Shown: piece by piece, positions 1 to 10,049 of the stretch | Layout: each line of letters begins with the position of its first letter | Position numbering within the stretch: position 1 is the first letter of the stretch | From: a phage | DNA: 64,000 bases | Assembly (NCBI GenBank): GCA_011839185.1 | Contig: GCA_011839185.1_3918.1 | Direction: 5' to 3' (one strand) | Position numbers and translations under genes: made by a program | Notes under the pieces: generated by a model | Seen by the model: the letters and a program-made list of their open reading frames with translations, nothing else | What the model was told of the DNA's origin: nothing | The model's database searches: none

Positions 1-2
1 TT

Positions 3-269
3 GTGGTAGTATCTGAGACATGCGTTATCTGCAAAGGTATTGTAGGTAGCTTAAAGGATTTGGGTGTAGATGGTTTTGTAGAAGTTAATCCAATTACCTC
101 TAAAGCAGATAAAGACTTCTGTAAAGAGAACGGACTATGGATTGCAGATATTGTCTACTATGATGGTGAGCAGTTCCATGTAACCTCATACCCGAAACTG
201 AATTATGATGCTAATAACCTGAAGTGCTGGTTAAAAGGGGTTGGTTATAATGGATTCACAGAACATTAA
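3..269 (+). CDS. hypothetical protein (start at window edge, possibly N-terminally truncated)
   Basis: ORF track 88 aa; same strand and tight spacing with downstream genes; no recognisable motif. Confidence 0.35.
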   Translation: MVVSETCVICKGIVGSLKDLGVDGFVEVNPITSKADKDFCKENGLWIADIVYYDGEQFHVTSYPKLNYDANNLKCWLKGVGYNGFTEH

Positions 270-573
270 TAAAGAAGGTGTGGCTCAGAAGAGCCACTTC
301 TCAAACTACAATATTTCTATGACGGTGTTTATGAATGACCCGTTACTAGAAAAATATGGTGAGACTCCAGATACACTTCTGGACAATGAACAAGTTTTAA
401 AAGCAGTCCTGTACAAATATGGGATTGATATTGAGAAAGAATATTCTTTTGAAATCTGCCAACACAGGAATACTTTTGGTAAAGTTGTAATGGCTCCACT
501 ATTCATGGGTGTAGAAAGAACTGACTATGGTTGGTTATATCTAAAAAGAAACTTGGAGAAATACCGTGTCTAA
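241..573 (+). CDS. hypothetical protein
   Basis: ORF track 110 aa; short overlap with neighbours suggests an operon; no motif recognised. Confidence 0.45.
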   Translation: MVIMDSQNINKEGVAQKSHFSNYNISMTVFMNDPLLEKYGETPDTLLDNEQVLKAVLYKYGIDIEKEYSFEICQHRNTFGKVVMAPLFMGVERTDYGWLYLKRNLEKYRV

Positions 574-901
574 AGCAAAAAAGCTATCTTATGATGACAT
601 TATCTCAGGTGCTAAATTAGGTGTTGACAGTATCGGACAAGATGTTAAGCACGGAGACACAGTTATGTACTGTGATGACCGAAGAGGCAGAAGTGCAATC
701 TTGTTTGGAAGAATTGTTTGCAAGATGCGAGGTAACTACGTTGTTGCAGACATGGATGAGAACACTACACAAGAGCTTGAAGCAATTATGAATGGCAACA
801 CATCATCGTGGTTCCTGAATTGTATGCACACTTCATCAGTCACAAAGGTAAGCGATAAGTTTTACGATATGTGGCAGAATGAGCAAATTTTCAAGATTTA
901 A
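566..901 (+). CDS. hypothetical protein
   Basis: ORF track 111 aa; followed by a terminator-like hairpin. Confidence 0.45.
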   Translation: MSKAKKLSYDDIISGAKLGVDSIGQDVKHGDTVMYCDDRRGRSAILFGRIVCKMRGNYVVADMDENTTQELEAIMNGNTSSWFLNCMHTSSVTKVSDKFYDMWQNEQIFKI

Positions 902-907
902 ACTAGG

Positions 908-930
908 GAGCCTCTTCGGAGGCTCTTTTC
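908..930 (+). terminator. rho-independent terminator-like hairpin
   Basis: GAGCCTC-TTCG-GAGGCTC stem-loop followed by TTTTC. Confidence 0.55.
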
Positions 931-947
931 ATCTGTAGGATTTAAAA

Positions 948-3182
948 ATGATTAAGACAATTAAAAAATCAAACGGTACAGTAGTAAGCTTTGACCCAGA
1001 AAGACTGAATAAATGGGCATCATGGGCAGATAAGCGTGGAATTATCTGGTCAGAAGTCACTATGGAAGCTATGAAACGTGTCTATGAAGGTTGCACCACA
1101 AAAGAGATGCACCAAGCCATGATTGATGTTTGTGTTGATAAACAAACTCAAGAGTACTCAGATATGGCTGGACGGCTACTTCTGGGTATTATCTACAAAG
1201 AAGCCTTTGGAGGCTTTACTAAGGTTCCTACGCTGGTTACCTTCGTTAAAAATATGGAGAGAGCAGGACTTTGGGAGAAGATGGATTATTCACAGGAAGA
1301 ACTTGAATACCTGCAAGGCTACATCGTACACTCAAAAGATATCTCTTACGGCTATGCAGTGTTGAAACAGTTCAGAGATAAATATGGTATCCGTGATATT
1401 AAAACGGGAAGACTTTTTGAGTCACCACAATTTATGTTTATGGGTATGGCTATGAAAGCCTTTGAGAAGCAACCAAAGCACCGTAGACTGCAAGATGTTA
1501 TTAAGCTGTACACTTACCTATCTGACCTGAAGATTAATGCTCCTACACCTTATCTGAATGGTTTACGTGCTACTAAATCAGGTTATGCGTCATGCTGTTT
1601 GATTAAGGCGAATGATACTGCTGAATCTCTCGGTATTGCTGCAAAGGTTGCTTATGACATGACTACAAAGCAAGCTGGCATTGGGATGCTGATGGAGACT
1701 CGTACTATTGGTGATGGTATCCGTCAAAATACTATTGAGCACATGGGTAAACTACCTTATTACAAGCTTGTACGCTCATCTGTAGAGGCAAACAAACAGA
1801 AGAGTCGTGGTGGTTCAGCTAATAACTTCTACACTGCTCTAGACCCGCAGATTGAAGATTTACTGCGTTTGAAGCACCCTACAACGGTTCCTTCTAAACG
1901 TATTAATGAGATGGACTACTCATTCGGCACAAACGATTATTTCTGGCAGTGTGTTCAGTATGATACAGATTGGTTGCTATTCTCTTACAAAGATGCACCA
2001 AAACTCTATGACATGTTCTACACAGCATCTGCTGATGAGTTTGCTATGGCAGTTGGTCATGCAGTACATTCAGGTGTTAAGCATAGACGAGTCAAGGCTC
2101 GTGAAATTGCTAAGCTGTTTATTCAACAGCGTTATGCTACAGGTCGTGTGTATCCATTCTTCACTAACAATGCAAACACACATACACCATTTAAAGAACC
2201 ATTGAAGATGTCAAATCTTTGTATGGAAATTGTATTGCCAGTGTATGGTTTTGAGAAAGAGACAGACCTTTACAGAGACGATGCTGTGAAAGAGGATGGT
2301 GAGGTGGCTCTTTGCTTCCTAGCTAGTTTGGTTGCAGGGAGAATTTCAGAAGATGAATACGCTGACGTTGCTTATTATGCTCTTGCAATGGTTGACTCCG
2401 TTATTGACCTTATGGATTATCCGTATCCGTCGATGCGTAACCATGTTCAGAAGCGTCGTTCTGTTGGGATTGGCCTTACAAATGTGGCTCATTACCTTGC
2501 GAAGAACTACGTGAACTATTCTTCAAGAGCGGGTAAGACGAAGCTTCATGAGCTTGCTGAAATGCACTCTTACTACTTACACGAAGCTTCTTTGAGACTT
2601 TCTAAAGAACGTGGTGTACCTGAATACATGAAGTTCACTAAGTACCCTGAAGGATGGGTTCCTCCGAAGACAGCTAACAGGAAGATTGATGAGAAGCATG
2701 ATGCAAAACTTCGTTATGATTGGGATGACTTAGCACAACGTATTAAAGAAAATGGTGGAATCCGTAACTCTGTATTAGAAGCTTACATGCCTAATGAGAG
2801 TTCTTCACTGGCAACTAATACGACAAATGGCTTGTATCCAATTCGTGACTTTATTTTAACTAAAAAGTCTGCAACTGGTAACGTACTGTTTATTGTTCCA
2901 GATTATGAAGAGTTGAAGTATGTCTATGAAATTGCTTGGGATATTGACACCTTTGACCTAATTGATTGTTATGCAATTGTTCAAAAGTTCACTGGTCAAG
3001 CTATCTCTTCAGATTTCTATGTTGACTACGCAAAAGCGAAGAAGGTATCATTGGCTCAAGCTTTGAAGTATATGATTTATGCCAACTCAGTAGGTATGAA
3101 AACCATGTACTACCTTAACAGCCGCATTGGTGTAGGTAAATCTGCACTGCAAGATGCTTATTGCGAGGGTTGTGGTGTTTAG
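948..3182 (+). CDS. nrdA: ribonucleotide reductase class Ia large subunit
   Basis: 744 aa; N-terminal ATP-cone-like segment; NLCMEI active-site motif; C-terminal CEGCG cysteine pair; followed by a beta-subunit gene. Confidence 0.9.
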   Translation: MIKTIKKSNGTVVSFDPERLNKWASWADKRGIIWSEVTMEAMKRVYEGCTTKEMHQAMIDVCVDKQTQEYSDMAGRLLLGIIYKEAFGGFTKVPTLVTFVKNMERAGLWEKMDYSQEELEYLQGYIVHSKDISYGYAVLKQFRDKYGIRDIKTGRLFESPQFMFMGMAMKAFEKQPKHRRLQDVIKLYTYLSDLKINAPTPYLNGLRATKSGYASCCLIKANDTAESLGIAAKVAYDMTTKQAGIGMLMETRTIGDGIRQNTIEHMGKLPYYKLVRSSVEANKQKSRGGSANNFYTALDPQIEDLLRLKHPTTVPSKRINEMDYSFGTNDYFWQCVQYDTDWLLFSYKDAPKLYDMFYTASADEFAMAVGHAVHSGVKHRRVKAREIAKLFIQQRYATGRVYPFFTNNANTHTPFKEPLKMSNLCMEIVLPVYGFEKETDLYRDDAVKEDGEVALCFLASLVAGRISEDEYADVAYYALAMVDSVIDLMDYPYPSMRNHVQKRRSVGIGLTNVAHYLAKNYVNYSSRAGKTKLHELAEMHSYYLHEASLRLSKERGVPEYMKFTKYPEGWVPPKTANRKIDEKHDAKLRYDWDDLAQRIKENGGIRNSVLEAYMPNESSSLATNTTNGLYPIRDFILTKKSATGNVLFIVPDYEELKYVYEIAWDIDTFDLIDCYAIVQKFTGQAISSDFYVDYAKAKKVSLAQALKYMIYANSVGMKTMYYLNSRIGVGKSALQDAYCEGCGV

Positions 3183-3195
3183 TTTTAACAACTAT

Positions 3196-3215
3196 GAGGG
3201 TCGTAAAAGACCCTC
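3196..3215 (+). terminator. intergenic stem-loop between nrdA and the next gene (attenuator or weak terminator)
   Basis: GAGGGTC-GTAAAA-GACCCTC perfect 7-bp hairpin followed by an A-rich rather than T-rich tract. Confidence 0.3.
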
Positions 3216-3237
3216 TAAAAATAACTTTGGAGAGACC

Positions 3238-3495
3238 ATGAAAGATTTAATAGAAAAACATGAGCGACCAATATACTTGCTCTACAAACCCCGCAAAACA
3301 TTGTACTATGTGAGCAGCACAGGTATCATGATAAAGCAGAATGATGACTTATGGGTCACTGGAGCCTCTTACATCTCTACAGCAGATGGTAAAATCTACG
3401 CAAGACCTTATGAGATGTTTAATAAAGAAAATTGGGAAGTTTTAGATAGAAAACAAGCCTTAGAGATGATAAAGAAAGGAGAAATCACATTATGA
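3238..3495 (+). CDS. hypothetical protein (start trimmed from ORF-track 3154 to the ATG behind a GGAGAG RBS)
   Basis: ORF-track start overlaps nrdA and the hairpin; ATG at 3238 is preceded by GGAGAG. Confidence 0.4.
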   Translation: MKDLIEKHERPIYLLYKPRKTLYYVSSTGIMIKQNDDLWVTGASYISTADGKIYARPYEMFNKENWEVLDRKQALEMIKKGEITL

Positions 3496-4565
3496 TTAAC
3501 CAACACCCAATCTTTTTAGGTGGTGAGAGAAAGACATTTGACTCACTTAACAAGCACTACCCAAAAATCTTTGAGCTATATAAACAACAAAAAGCGCAAG
3601 ACTGGTCAGAAGATGAGTTCCCTTTTGAACAATCACGTCTTGATTTTGAGAGTGTGCCAGCATCAATGTCAGGTGTAATGCTTGAGATTCTTAAGTGGCA
3701 GTGGGAAGCAGATACCCAAGTTGCTAAGAGTTTAGCGTTTGCTTTTGCACCATTCATCTCTGATGACATTTATGCAACTGCAATTATGAAGCAGTCTGAG
3801 ATTGAAAACTTACATGCTCTGACTTACTCAGAGATTGTAAGGCAATGTATTAAAAACCCTGAAACAATCTTAGATGAGATTAACCAGAACATTGCTGTAC
3901 AAGACCGATTAAAAACTGTGAATCGTGTTCTTGAAGAATTGCTGGATGAAGGTATAAACTATCGACTGAGTTATGTCCGTGACTCACTTCTGGACAAAGA
4001 CCCTTTACACTTCCATAAAGTGATTCTGAAAGGTCTATTTGCAGTGACTGCACTGGAAGGTATATCTTTTATGGCATCCTTTGCATGTACTTTTGCACTT
4101 GATGCTCAAGATAAATTTCAGGGTATTGCTCAAGCTGTTCAGAAAATTATGCTTGATGAAATCCTTCACACTAAAATTGATATTGAAGTTTTAAAAGAAA
4201 CTTTAAGAGACGATGAGTGGCAAAAAGCTTTCCAACAAATTCTTCCAGAGATTAAAGTAATCTTAGATGAAGTAGTTGAAAGCGAAGAAAAATGGTCGTA
4301 TTATATCTTCTCCGAAGGACGTGCTGTAGTTGGTTTAAATACAAAGCTTCTCCATGAGTGGGTTTACTATAATGCTGCCCCACTGTATGATATGTTTGGC
4401 ATTCCCAGAGATTTTGTAGCTCCTAAAGAACCACCTCTGAAGTATATGATTAAGAAGATGGAAATTGATAAAGAGCAGAATGCTAATCAGGAGCAACAGA
4501 ACGGCGCGTATTTATTGAATACTGTTGTAGATGATTTGAATAGTGGATTTTTAGAGGTTCCTTAA
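3492..4565 (+). CDS. nrdB: ribonucleotide reductase class Ia small subunit
   Basis: 357 aa immediately downstream of nrdA; size and helical, acidic composition fit the di-iron R2 subunit. Confidence 0.8.
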   Translation: MINQHPIFLGGERKTFDSLNKHYPKIFELYKQQKAQDWSEDEFPFEQSRLDFESVPASMSGVMLEILKWQWEADTQVAKSLAFAFAPFISDDIYATAIMKQSEIENLHALTYSEIVRQCIKNPETILDEINQNIAVQDRLKTVNRVLEELLDEGINYRLSYVRDSLLDKDPLHFHKVILKGLFAVTALEGISFMASFACTFALDAQDKFQGIAQAVQKIMLDEILHTKIDIEVLKETLRDDEWQKAFQQILPEIKVILDEVVESEEKWSYYIFSEGRAVVGLNTKLLHEWVYYNAAPLYDMFGIPRDFVAPKEPPLKYMIKKMEIDKEQNANQEQQNGAYLLNTVVDDLNSGFLEVP

Positions 4566-4807
4566 TGACTTATGTAATTTACTCCAAAACTGGATGCCCT
4601 CAGTGTGAGACTGCAAAGAATTTTGCAAAAGCTCGTGGTATTGACCATGTTGTGAGAATGTTAGGGCAGGACTATGAACTGTCAGACCTGATGGATATTG
4701 CACAGATGCCAGTTCGTCAGATGCCATTCATCATGAAAACTGATGGTCAAAATCTAAAACCTGTTGGGACGCTACAGAATTTTATGGTAGAGGTGAATAA
4801 TGCTTAA
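4565..4807 (+). CDS. glutaredoxin/thioredoxin-like redoxin (NrdH/NrdC-like)
   Basis: 80 aa with CPQC redox motif near the N-terminus; sits between nrdB and nrdD. Confidence 0.6.
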   Translation: MTYVIYSKTGCPQCETAKNFAKARGIDHVVRMLGQDYELSDLMDIAQMPVRQMPFIMKTDGQNLKPVGTLQNFMVEVNNA

Positions 4808-5006
4808 ACGCCTTTGGGAAGGTTTGGTTGTTGATGCACCAGCCATTGTGATTGGTATGCTTGTTGTTAACCTATTTACTGATTTTGAACAAGGTTCATT
4901 GTTTGGAGCCATGCTATTATGGGTTATCTTTGAAATATTAGAGATACAGCTAGGCATCACTGAAAAACTAAGAAAACTCGTTTCAAAGTTTTCTAAAAAG
5001 ATTTAA
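4800..5006 (+). CDS. small hydrophobic protein
   Basis: 68 aa, mostly hydrophobic with a basic C-terminus; overlaps the previous stop. Confidence 0.35.
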   Translation: MLKRLWEGLVVDAPAIVIGMLVVNLFTDFEQGSLFGAMLLWVIFEILEIQLGITEKLRKLVSKFSKKI

Positions 5007-5013
5007 AATGAAA

Positions 5014-5035
5014 GGGTCTCTTCGGAGACCTTTTT
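5014..5035 (+). terminator. rho-independent terminator-like hairpin
   Basis: GGGTCTC-TTCG-GAGACC followed by TTTTT. Confidence 0.55.
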
Positions 5036-5054
5036 AGCATGTAAAGGGGCAATA

Positions 5055-7199
5055 ATGAACAAAGTACAGATTATTAAAAAGAATGGCTCACTTGAAGAAC
5101 CTGATATCAAAAAAGTTTTAGCAGCAGTAACTAAGTCAGCTAACAGGGTTGGGTATAAAGAACTTCCACCAGATGTTACCCAAGCTCTTGAGTCAGCATT
5201 CATGAGGATTCTGGTGAAGTCCACTAAGCAGAATAATTTGCTCATCTCGGTAAATGACATTCACAGTATTGTTGAGGGTGCTTTGGCAGAAGTCAATCAC
5301 GAGATTTACGAGTCTTACTCAACATATAGAAATTACCGTAAAGAGGTTGCTCAAAATTGGGATGAGCTTTACCAAAAGACTAGAGACACACTCTTCTTAG
5401 GTGACCGTGAAAATGCCAACTTTGACAGCAGTTTAATTTCTACAAAAGGTTCAATTATTCGTGGTTATCTGACTAAAGAAATCTTTAAACAATACCATTT
5501 AACACCAGAGGAACTTGAAGCCATTGAAAAAGGGTTTATCTACATCCATGACTTAAGAGACTTAATTTTTGGTGGTATTAACTGCTGCTTGTTTGACATT
5601 GGTAAAGTACTGAAAGGTGGCTTTGAAATGTCTGGCATCGAATATTGTGAACCGAAGTCTGTGCTGTCGGCCTTACAAGTTATTGGTGACGTAGTTCTTT
5701 CAGCAACTGCACAGCAATTTGGTGGCTTTACTTTAGCAGAGATTGACAAGGTACTTGTACCGTATGCTAAGAAGTCTCTACGCTATCATGCTGAGAAAGC
5801 AACATCTTATGGTATTCCTAAAGAACATTACCATAATTATGTCATGGAGCAGTTACAGATTGAATTAACTCAAGGTTTCCAATCACTTGAAATGAAGCTA
5901 AACACTGTACCTTGCAGCCGTGGTGATTTCGCATTCACAACTTTAACATTTGGTTTACTTGACTCAGATATGTCTAATGAAGACAACCGATTACAATACA
6001 TGATTGCAAGTACTCTCCTAGATGTTCGTATGAATGGACAAGGGAAGAGCAAGAAGCCTGTTGTATTTCCTAAACTGGTTTATATTTATGACCAGAAGAG
6101 GCATGATGAAAATATCTGTCAAGGTCAACTGTACAGTAAAGCCATTGAGTGTTGCTCTAAAGCAATGTATCCAGATTTCTTAAGTGTATCTGGTCATGGT
6201 GCTGTAGCAGAGGCTTTTGAGCGTTCTGGCAAGGTAATTTCACCGATGGGTTGCAGAGCCTTCTTATCTCCATATCTTAATGAGGATGGAGAAGAGTTCT
6301 ATGTTGGTCGTGCTAATATTGGTGCTGTATCTTTGAACTTACCAATGATTTATCAGTACGCCAAAGAGAATGGTTTAGATTTCTGGAAAGAGCTTGATAA
6401 GTACCTAGAGATGATTCGCAGCTTCCACAAGAAACGCTACGAAATGATTGCTAATATGCCAGCAAGTTCTAACCCTCTTGCATTCACACAAGGTGGTCTG
6501 TACAAAGGAACTAAGAAACCTACTGACAAGGTTGGTTGGGATATTGTGAAGTCCTTCACAGCTTCTTTTGGGGTTACTGCGCTTGATGAGTTATCTGTTC
6601 TTGCTGAGGGTAAACGACTTCATGAAGTTGGAAGCTATAGTTTTGCATACGATGTTCTGGCATACATCAACATGAAAACTGAAGAGTTTAAAAACGAAGA
6701 TGGCTTCTTATATGCCGTCTATGGTACTCCAGCAGAATCACTTTGTGGAACTCAACTAAAACAGTTCAGAGATATGCTTGGCGTTATTAAAGGTGTTTCT
6801 GACAAGGAATACTTCACAAACAGTTTTCATATGAATGTTGCAGCAGACATCTCACCATTTGAGAAGCAGGACTTAGAAGAGCCATTCTTCCATATCTGTA
6901 GAGGTGGCAGAATCCAGTATGTAAGGGTGGCTAACCCAGAAAACTTATCAGCACTTAAAAGCTGTATTACAAGAGGCATGTTGAAAGGTTTTTATCAGGG
7001 ACTTAACTTTGACTTAGCAATCTGTGAGCATTGTGGTAACAGGCCAAAGGCTGATGTTGAAGAATGTGAAGTTTGTCACTCACATGATATCTCTGTGATT
7101 AACAGGGTGTGTGGGTATCTTGGATGGACTAAGATTAAAGGTGAATCCCGAATGAACGATGCAAAAATCGCTGAGATTCGTGATAGAGTCTCTATGTAA
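5055..7199 (+). CDS. nrdD: anaerobic ribonucleotide reductase class III
   Basis: 714 aa; N-terminal ATP-cone-like segment; C-terminal glycyl-radical motif RVCGYLG; CxxC...CxxC zinc ribbon before it. Confidence 0.9.
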   Translation: MNKVQIIKKNGSLEEPDIKKVLAAVTKSANRVGYKELPPDVTQALESAFMRILVKSTKQNNLLISVNDIHSIVEGALAEVNHEIYESYSTYRNYRKEVAQNWDELYQKTRDTLFLGDRENANFDSSLISTKGSIIRGYLTKEIFKQYHLTPEELEAIEKGFIYIHDLRDLIFGGINCCLFDIGKVLKGGFEMSGIEYCEPKSVLSALQVIGDVVLSATAQQFGGFTLAEIDKVLVPYAKKSLRYHAEKATSYGIPKEHYHNYVMEQLQIELTQGFQSLEMKLNTVPCSRGDFAFTTLTFGLLDSDMSNEDNRLQYMIASTLLDVRMNGQGKSKKPVVFPKLVYIYDQKRHDENICQGQLYSKAIECCSKAMYPDFLSVSGHGAVAEAFERSGKVISPMGCRAFLSPYLNEDGEEFYVGRANIGAVSLNLPMIYQYAKENGLDFWKELDKYLEMIRSFHKKRYEMIANMPASSNPLAFTQGGLYKGTKKPTDKVGWDIVKSFTASFGVTALDELSVLAEGKRLHEVGSYSFAYDVLAYINMKTEEFKNEDGFLYAVYGTPAESLCGTQLKQFRDMLGVIKGVSDKEYFTNSFHMNVAADISPFEKQDLEEPFFHICRGGRIQYVRVANPENLSALKSCITRGMLKGFYQGLNFDLAICEHCGNRPKADVEECEVCHSHDISVINRVCGYLGWTKIKGESRMNDAKIAEIRDRVSM

Positions 7200-7209
7200 A
7201 ACTTGACAA

Positions 7210-7247
7210 GGTGATGTGGGTCTTGATAGGCTTACATCACCTTTTTT
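7210..7247 (+). terminator. rho-independent terminator
   Basis: GGTGATGT...ACATCACC hairpin followed by TTTTTT right after the nrdD stop. Confidence 0.6.
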
Positions 7248-7353
7248 ATTGGATGTTAGATATGACAGATAGTATTATTGGGTTGTTCATAGGTTCTGTC
7301 TTACTAGGGTTCTTTTTAGGACTCTCTTATTGTGAATTGAGAGATAAGTTAAA

Positions 7354-7554
7354 ATGTTTAAGATATCAAAAGCGTTGATATACATACTCCACATTCTAAT
7401 CTTCTTCTTTGGTGTTAGCGTTATGGTATGGGGTTTTTCAGACCCACAATGGAGTTTCTCATATCATGGTCAGATGGATTTATGGCCATGCTTCAAACCA
7501 TTTTTAGGATTAGCTATAGCATTCAGTACATTACCAACTAAGGTGAAATTATGA
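7354..7554 (+). CDS. small membrane protein
   Basis: 66 aa with a hydrophobic N-terminal segment. Confidence 0.3.
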   Translation: MFKISKALIYILHILIFFFGVSVMVWGFSDPQWSFSYHGQMDLWPCFKPFLGLAIAFSTLPTKVKL

Positions 7555-7946
7555 TTAAGTTAAGCCAAAAACAGTTAGAGTGGATTAAAGATTATGCCTC
7601 AGAGTGTGGCTCTTGTGAAAAGAATCACGTAAGATACTCAACATTCCACACGGTCTTCACATTGTATATTGGCGACAATGTTCTAAGTGATTCTGTAGAA
7701 GATGGTGTAGCATTGCCTAATGAATTGCTTGACAAATTAGCTGTAGTCACTGGAACTTGGTCTGAAGAAGACGGTCATGAACTATCTAACGATGTTGTCT
7801 TCTACAGTCTTGAAAACATCATGAATCCAGAGTACATTATGCTAATGACTTGCGCACAAGATTGTGTACCATTACAAAACTTCATTAAAGAGCACTGTGA
7901 AGAATTTATTACTAAACAGGTTCCTTGTCAGGTGGTGTTTGAATGA
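7551..7946 (+). CDS. hypothetical protein
   Basis: 131 aa; cysteine-containing; overlaps the upstream stop. Confidence 0.45.
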   Translation: MIKLSQKQLEWIKDYASECGSCEKNHVRYSTFHTVFTLYIGDNVLSDSVEDGVALPNELLDKLAVVTGTWSEEDGHELSNDVVFYSLENIMNPEYIMLMTCAQDCVPLQNFIKEHCEEFITKQVPCQVVFE

Positions 7947-8005
7947 GTAAAACAATTCGAAGAAAAGGTTTAAAGAACGTTTATATTTATTGGTGAGGTA
8001 ACTAG

Positions 8006-8491
8006 ATGAATTACATGGAGATTAGACCATTTGACACAGCTAATGGTGAAGGGGTTCGTGTAAGCCTCTTCGTAGCTGGTTGTAAGCATCACTGCGAAGG
8101 CTGCTTTAACAGGGAGTCTTGGAAGTTTAATGCTGGTAAAGAGTTTACTTATGCAAACCTCTACGGTATCATTAAGTTAATGGATGATGAGGCCATCAGT
8201 GGGTTGTCAATACTCGGTGGAGAGCCTCTGGATGATAGAAATATTCAAGAGGTTACCAACATATGCAAGCGTATTAAAACTGTTTATCCAGAAAAGTCTA
8301 TATGGCTTTGGACAGGTTTTCAACTGCACGAAAAAATTCACCTAGATGTGATGAAATATGTTGACGTGGTGATTGATGGTAAGTATGATTCATCTAAACC
8401 AACAGTTAAACCATATCGTGGTTCTGATAACCAAAACCTCTGGAGAAAAGAGTATGGGTGGCAAGGCGATTGTCAGTGGAGAGCCGAGTAA
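8006..8491 (+). CDS. nrdG: anaerobic ribonucleotide reductase activating protein (radical SAM)
   Basis: 161 aa; CKHHCEGC cysteine cluster near the N-terminus; close to nrdD. Confidence 0.85.
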   Translation: MNYMEIRPFDTANGEGVRVSLFVAGCKHHCEGCFNRESWKFNAGKEFTYANLYGIIKLMDDEAISGLSILGGEPLDDRNIQEVTNICKRIKTVYPEKSIWLWTGFQLHEKIHLDVMKYVDVVIDGKYDSSKPTVKPYRGSDNQNLWRKEYGWQGDCQWRAE

Positions 8492-8615
8492 GTCTCGTTG
8501 TAAAGTAGGTTATCGGTAAAGGCCACTTTACAATGTTCTACAGAACAAACTTAACCGTTGGTGTCACTGAAGAAGAACTTAAAACATTTTGTGAAAAGAT
8601 TGAGAGAGATATGAA

Positions 8616-8873
8616 ATGGGACTCTGGAATAGTTTTAAATCAAAAGTAAAAGCCGCACTAGCTTCATTAGGTATGCTCACTGGGGTTGATGTGACTCATC
8701 TTATGCAGAACTTTAAGATGGATGAGAAGCTGGCTAATGAGATTATGGAAAGTATCTATGTAGGCCGTGGCAAAGGTGGTAAGAAACAAGCCCACCGTCC
8801 GTCTGGTGCAGCAGCTATTAAACGAGCAGCTAAGAAAGCTCGTAACCGTAAACGTAATAAGAAGGCTAAATAA
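8616..8873 (+). CDS. small basic protein
   Basis: 85 aa with a Lys/Arg-rich C-terminus. Confidence 0.4.
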   Translation: MGLWNSFKSKVKAALASLGMLTGVDVTHLMQNFKMDEKLANEIMESIYVGRGKGGKKQAHRPSGAAAIKRAAKKARNRKRNKKAK

Positions 8874-8875
8874 TC

Positions 8876-9196
8876 ATGAGCAAAGTTTATAACACTCGCA
8901 AATTACAGATTTTCGTACTGTGCCAGTTTATGGCTAAAGAATACAACTTCTACTATTGTGGTACAGGTTTTATTAGTGATGATGATGGCTCATACCTTCC
9001 ATTCAAAGAAGCTGTGAAGCTCTTTAATGAAGAGGAAAGCTCTAAGAAAGATATTGAAAAGGTGAAACTGACCTACAGCAAGAAAGATAAGAAGATTATC
9101 TGCCTAGATAACTTTGTAAAAGTTACTGGAAAAGCAAAAGAGCTTATGGATGAGAGTGAGATTCCATTCACAAGCCTCTTGAAAGTAGCTCAGTAA
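8876..9196 (+). CDS. hypothetical protein
   Basis: 106 aa; followed by a terminator. Confidence 0.45.
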   Translation: MSKVYNTRKLQIFVLCQFMAKEYNFYYCGTGFISDDDGSYLPFKEAVKLFNEEESSKKDIEKVKLTYSKKDKKIICLDNFVKVTGKAKELMDESEIPFTSLLKVAQ

Positions 9197-9209
9197 GCAG
9201 ATACTATAA

Positions 9210-9235
9210 GGGAACTGTAAAGGTTCCCTTTTTAT
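9210..9235 (+). terminator. rho-independent terminator
   Basis: GGGAAC...GTTCCC hairpin followed by TTTTTA. Confidence 0.6.
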
Positions 9236-9247
9236 TTTGGAGATAGT

Positions 9248-9763
9248 ATGTACCTGTCAAATCTGAAACGTTCTGCTGCAATGTCAGTGTTAAGACTCAG
9301 TTTTGAGGAACGTCAAGAGTTCATTGACTCCCACCAATACGACCCTTCCAACTCCAATCACATGATTCTCTGGAATCGTGAGAGTACTCGTGAAAGAGCA
9401 TTATTTCGATATTACCCACACTACACCATAGATAATCTGTATGAATGTTTTGTTGTGAAGAACACCATTACAGTACTCAATAAACTTTGCAGATACACAG
9501 GCAGTCAATCCTTCACATTAGGTCATCACAAACCTGTTACAAAAGGTGGTGAACATCACTGTGCAAACTGGTTTATCCAAACTAAAGCTGATAACCAGAA
9601 GCAAGGAGATAGCCTCCTAAGTATCCCTAAGATGACCTATGAAGAGCAAGAGAAATATATCAAAAATAATATGCCAGATGTGCTTGACAACAACTATACA
9701 GATTTGGCAATATCTCTCCTGTTGAAGTTCGAGACAGTTTATAGGGCAACTTATAATGGCTAA
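9248..9763 (+). CDS. HNH-family endonuclease-like protein
   Basis: 171 aa; HHKPVTKGGEHHCANWFIQ...N matches the HNH pattern. Confidence 0.55.
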   Translation: MYLSNLKRSAAMSVLRLSFEERQEFIDSHQYDPSNSNHMILWNRESTRERALFRYYPHYTIDNLYECFVVKNTITVLNKLCRYTGSQSFTLGHHKPVTKGGEHHCANWFIQTKADNQKQGDSLLSIPKMTYEEQEKYIKNNMPDVLDNNYTDLAISLLLKFETVYRATYNG

Positions 9764-10034
9764 AGAAAAGTGGGAGATTTTACCATTAGTCAGTGAAGGA
9801 GGTAATGGTTGTGAAATGTACATGATACGTGGTCATGTTCCAGAGCCAATTGCACTTGAGATGGTAAACAACTTTACAGATGGTTCTTACAAAGACTTAG
9901 GCGAACCAACTGTCAAGCAACAATGGGTTAAACCTGTACCAGACAGCACAGGTAACTGTAGTGTACTTTATCACGTTGTAGACCCTGCAAAATGCAAATC
10001 TGCAATGGCAGTAACAAACGTAACTTTTGATTGA
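9756..10034 (+). CDS. hypothetical protein
   Basis: 92 aa; start overlaps the upstream stop. Confidence 0.4.
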   Translation: MAKEKWEILPLVSEGGNGCEMYMIRGHVPEPIALEMVNNFTDGSYKDLGEPTVKQQWVKPVPDSTGNCSVLYHVVDPAKCKSAMAVTNVTFD

Positions 10035-10049
10035 GAGAGAGAGAAAACT

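Noticed and set aside
948-7199. Group I intron or intein interrupting nrdA, nrdB or nrdD
   Set aside because: All three reading frames are continuous and of normal length with catalytic motifs in place.
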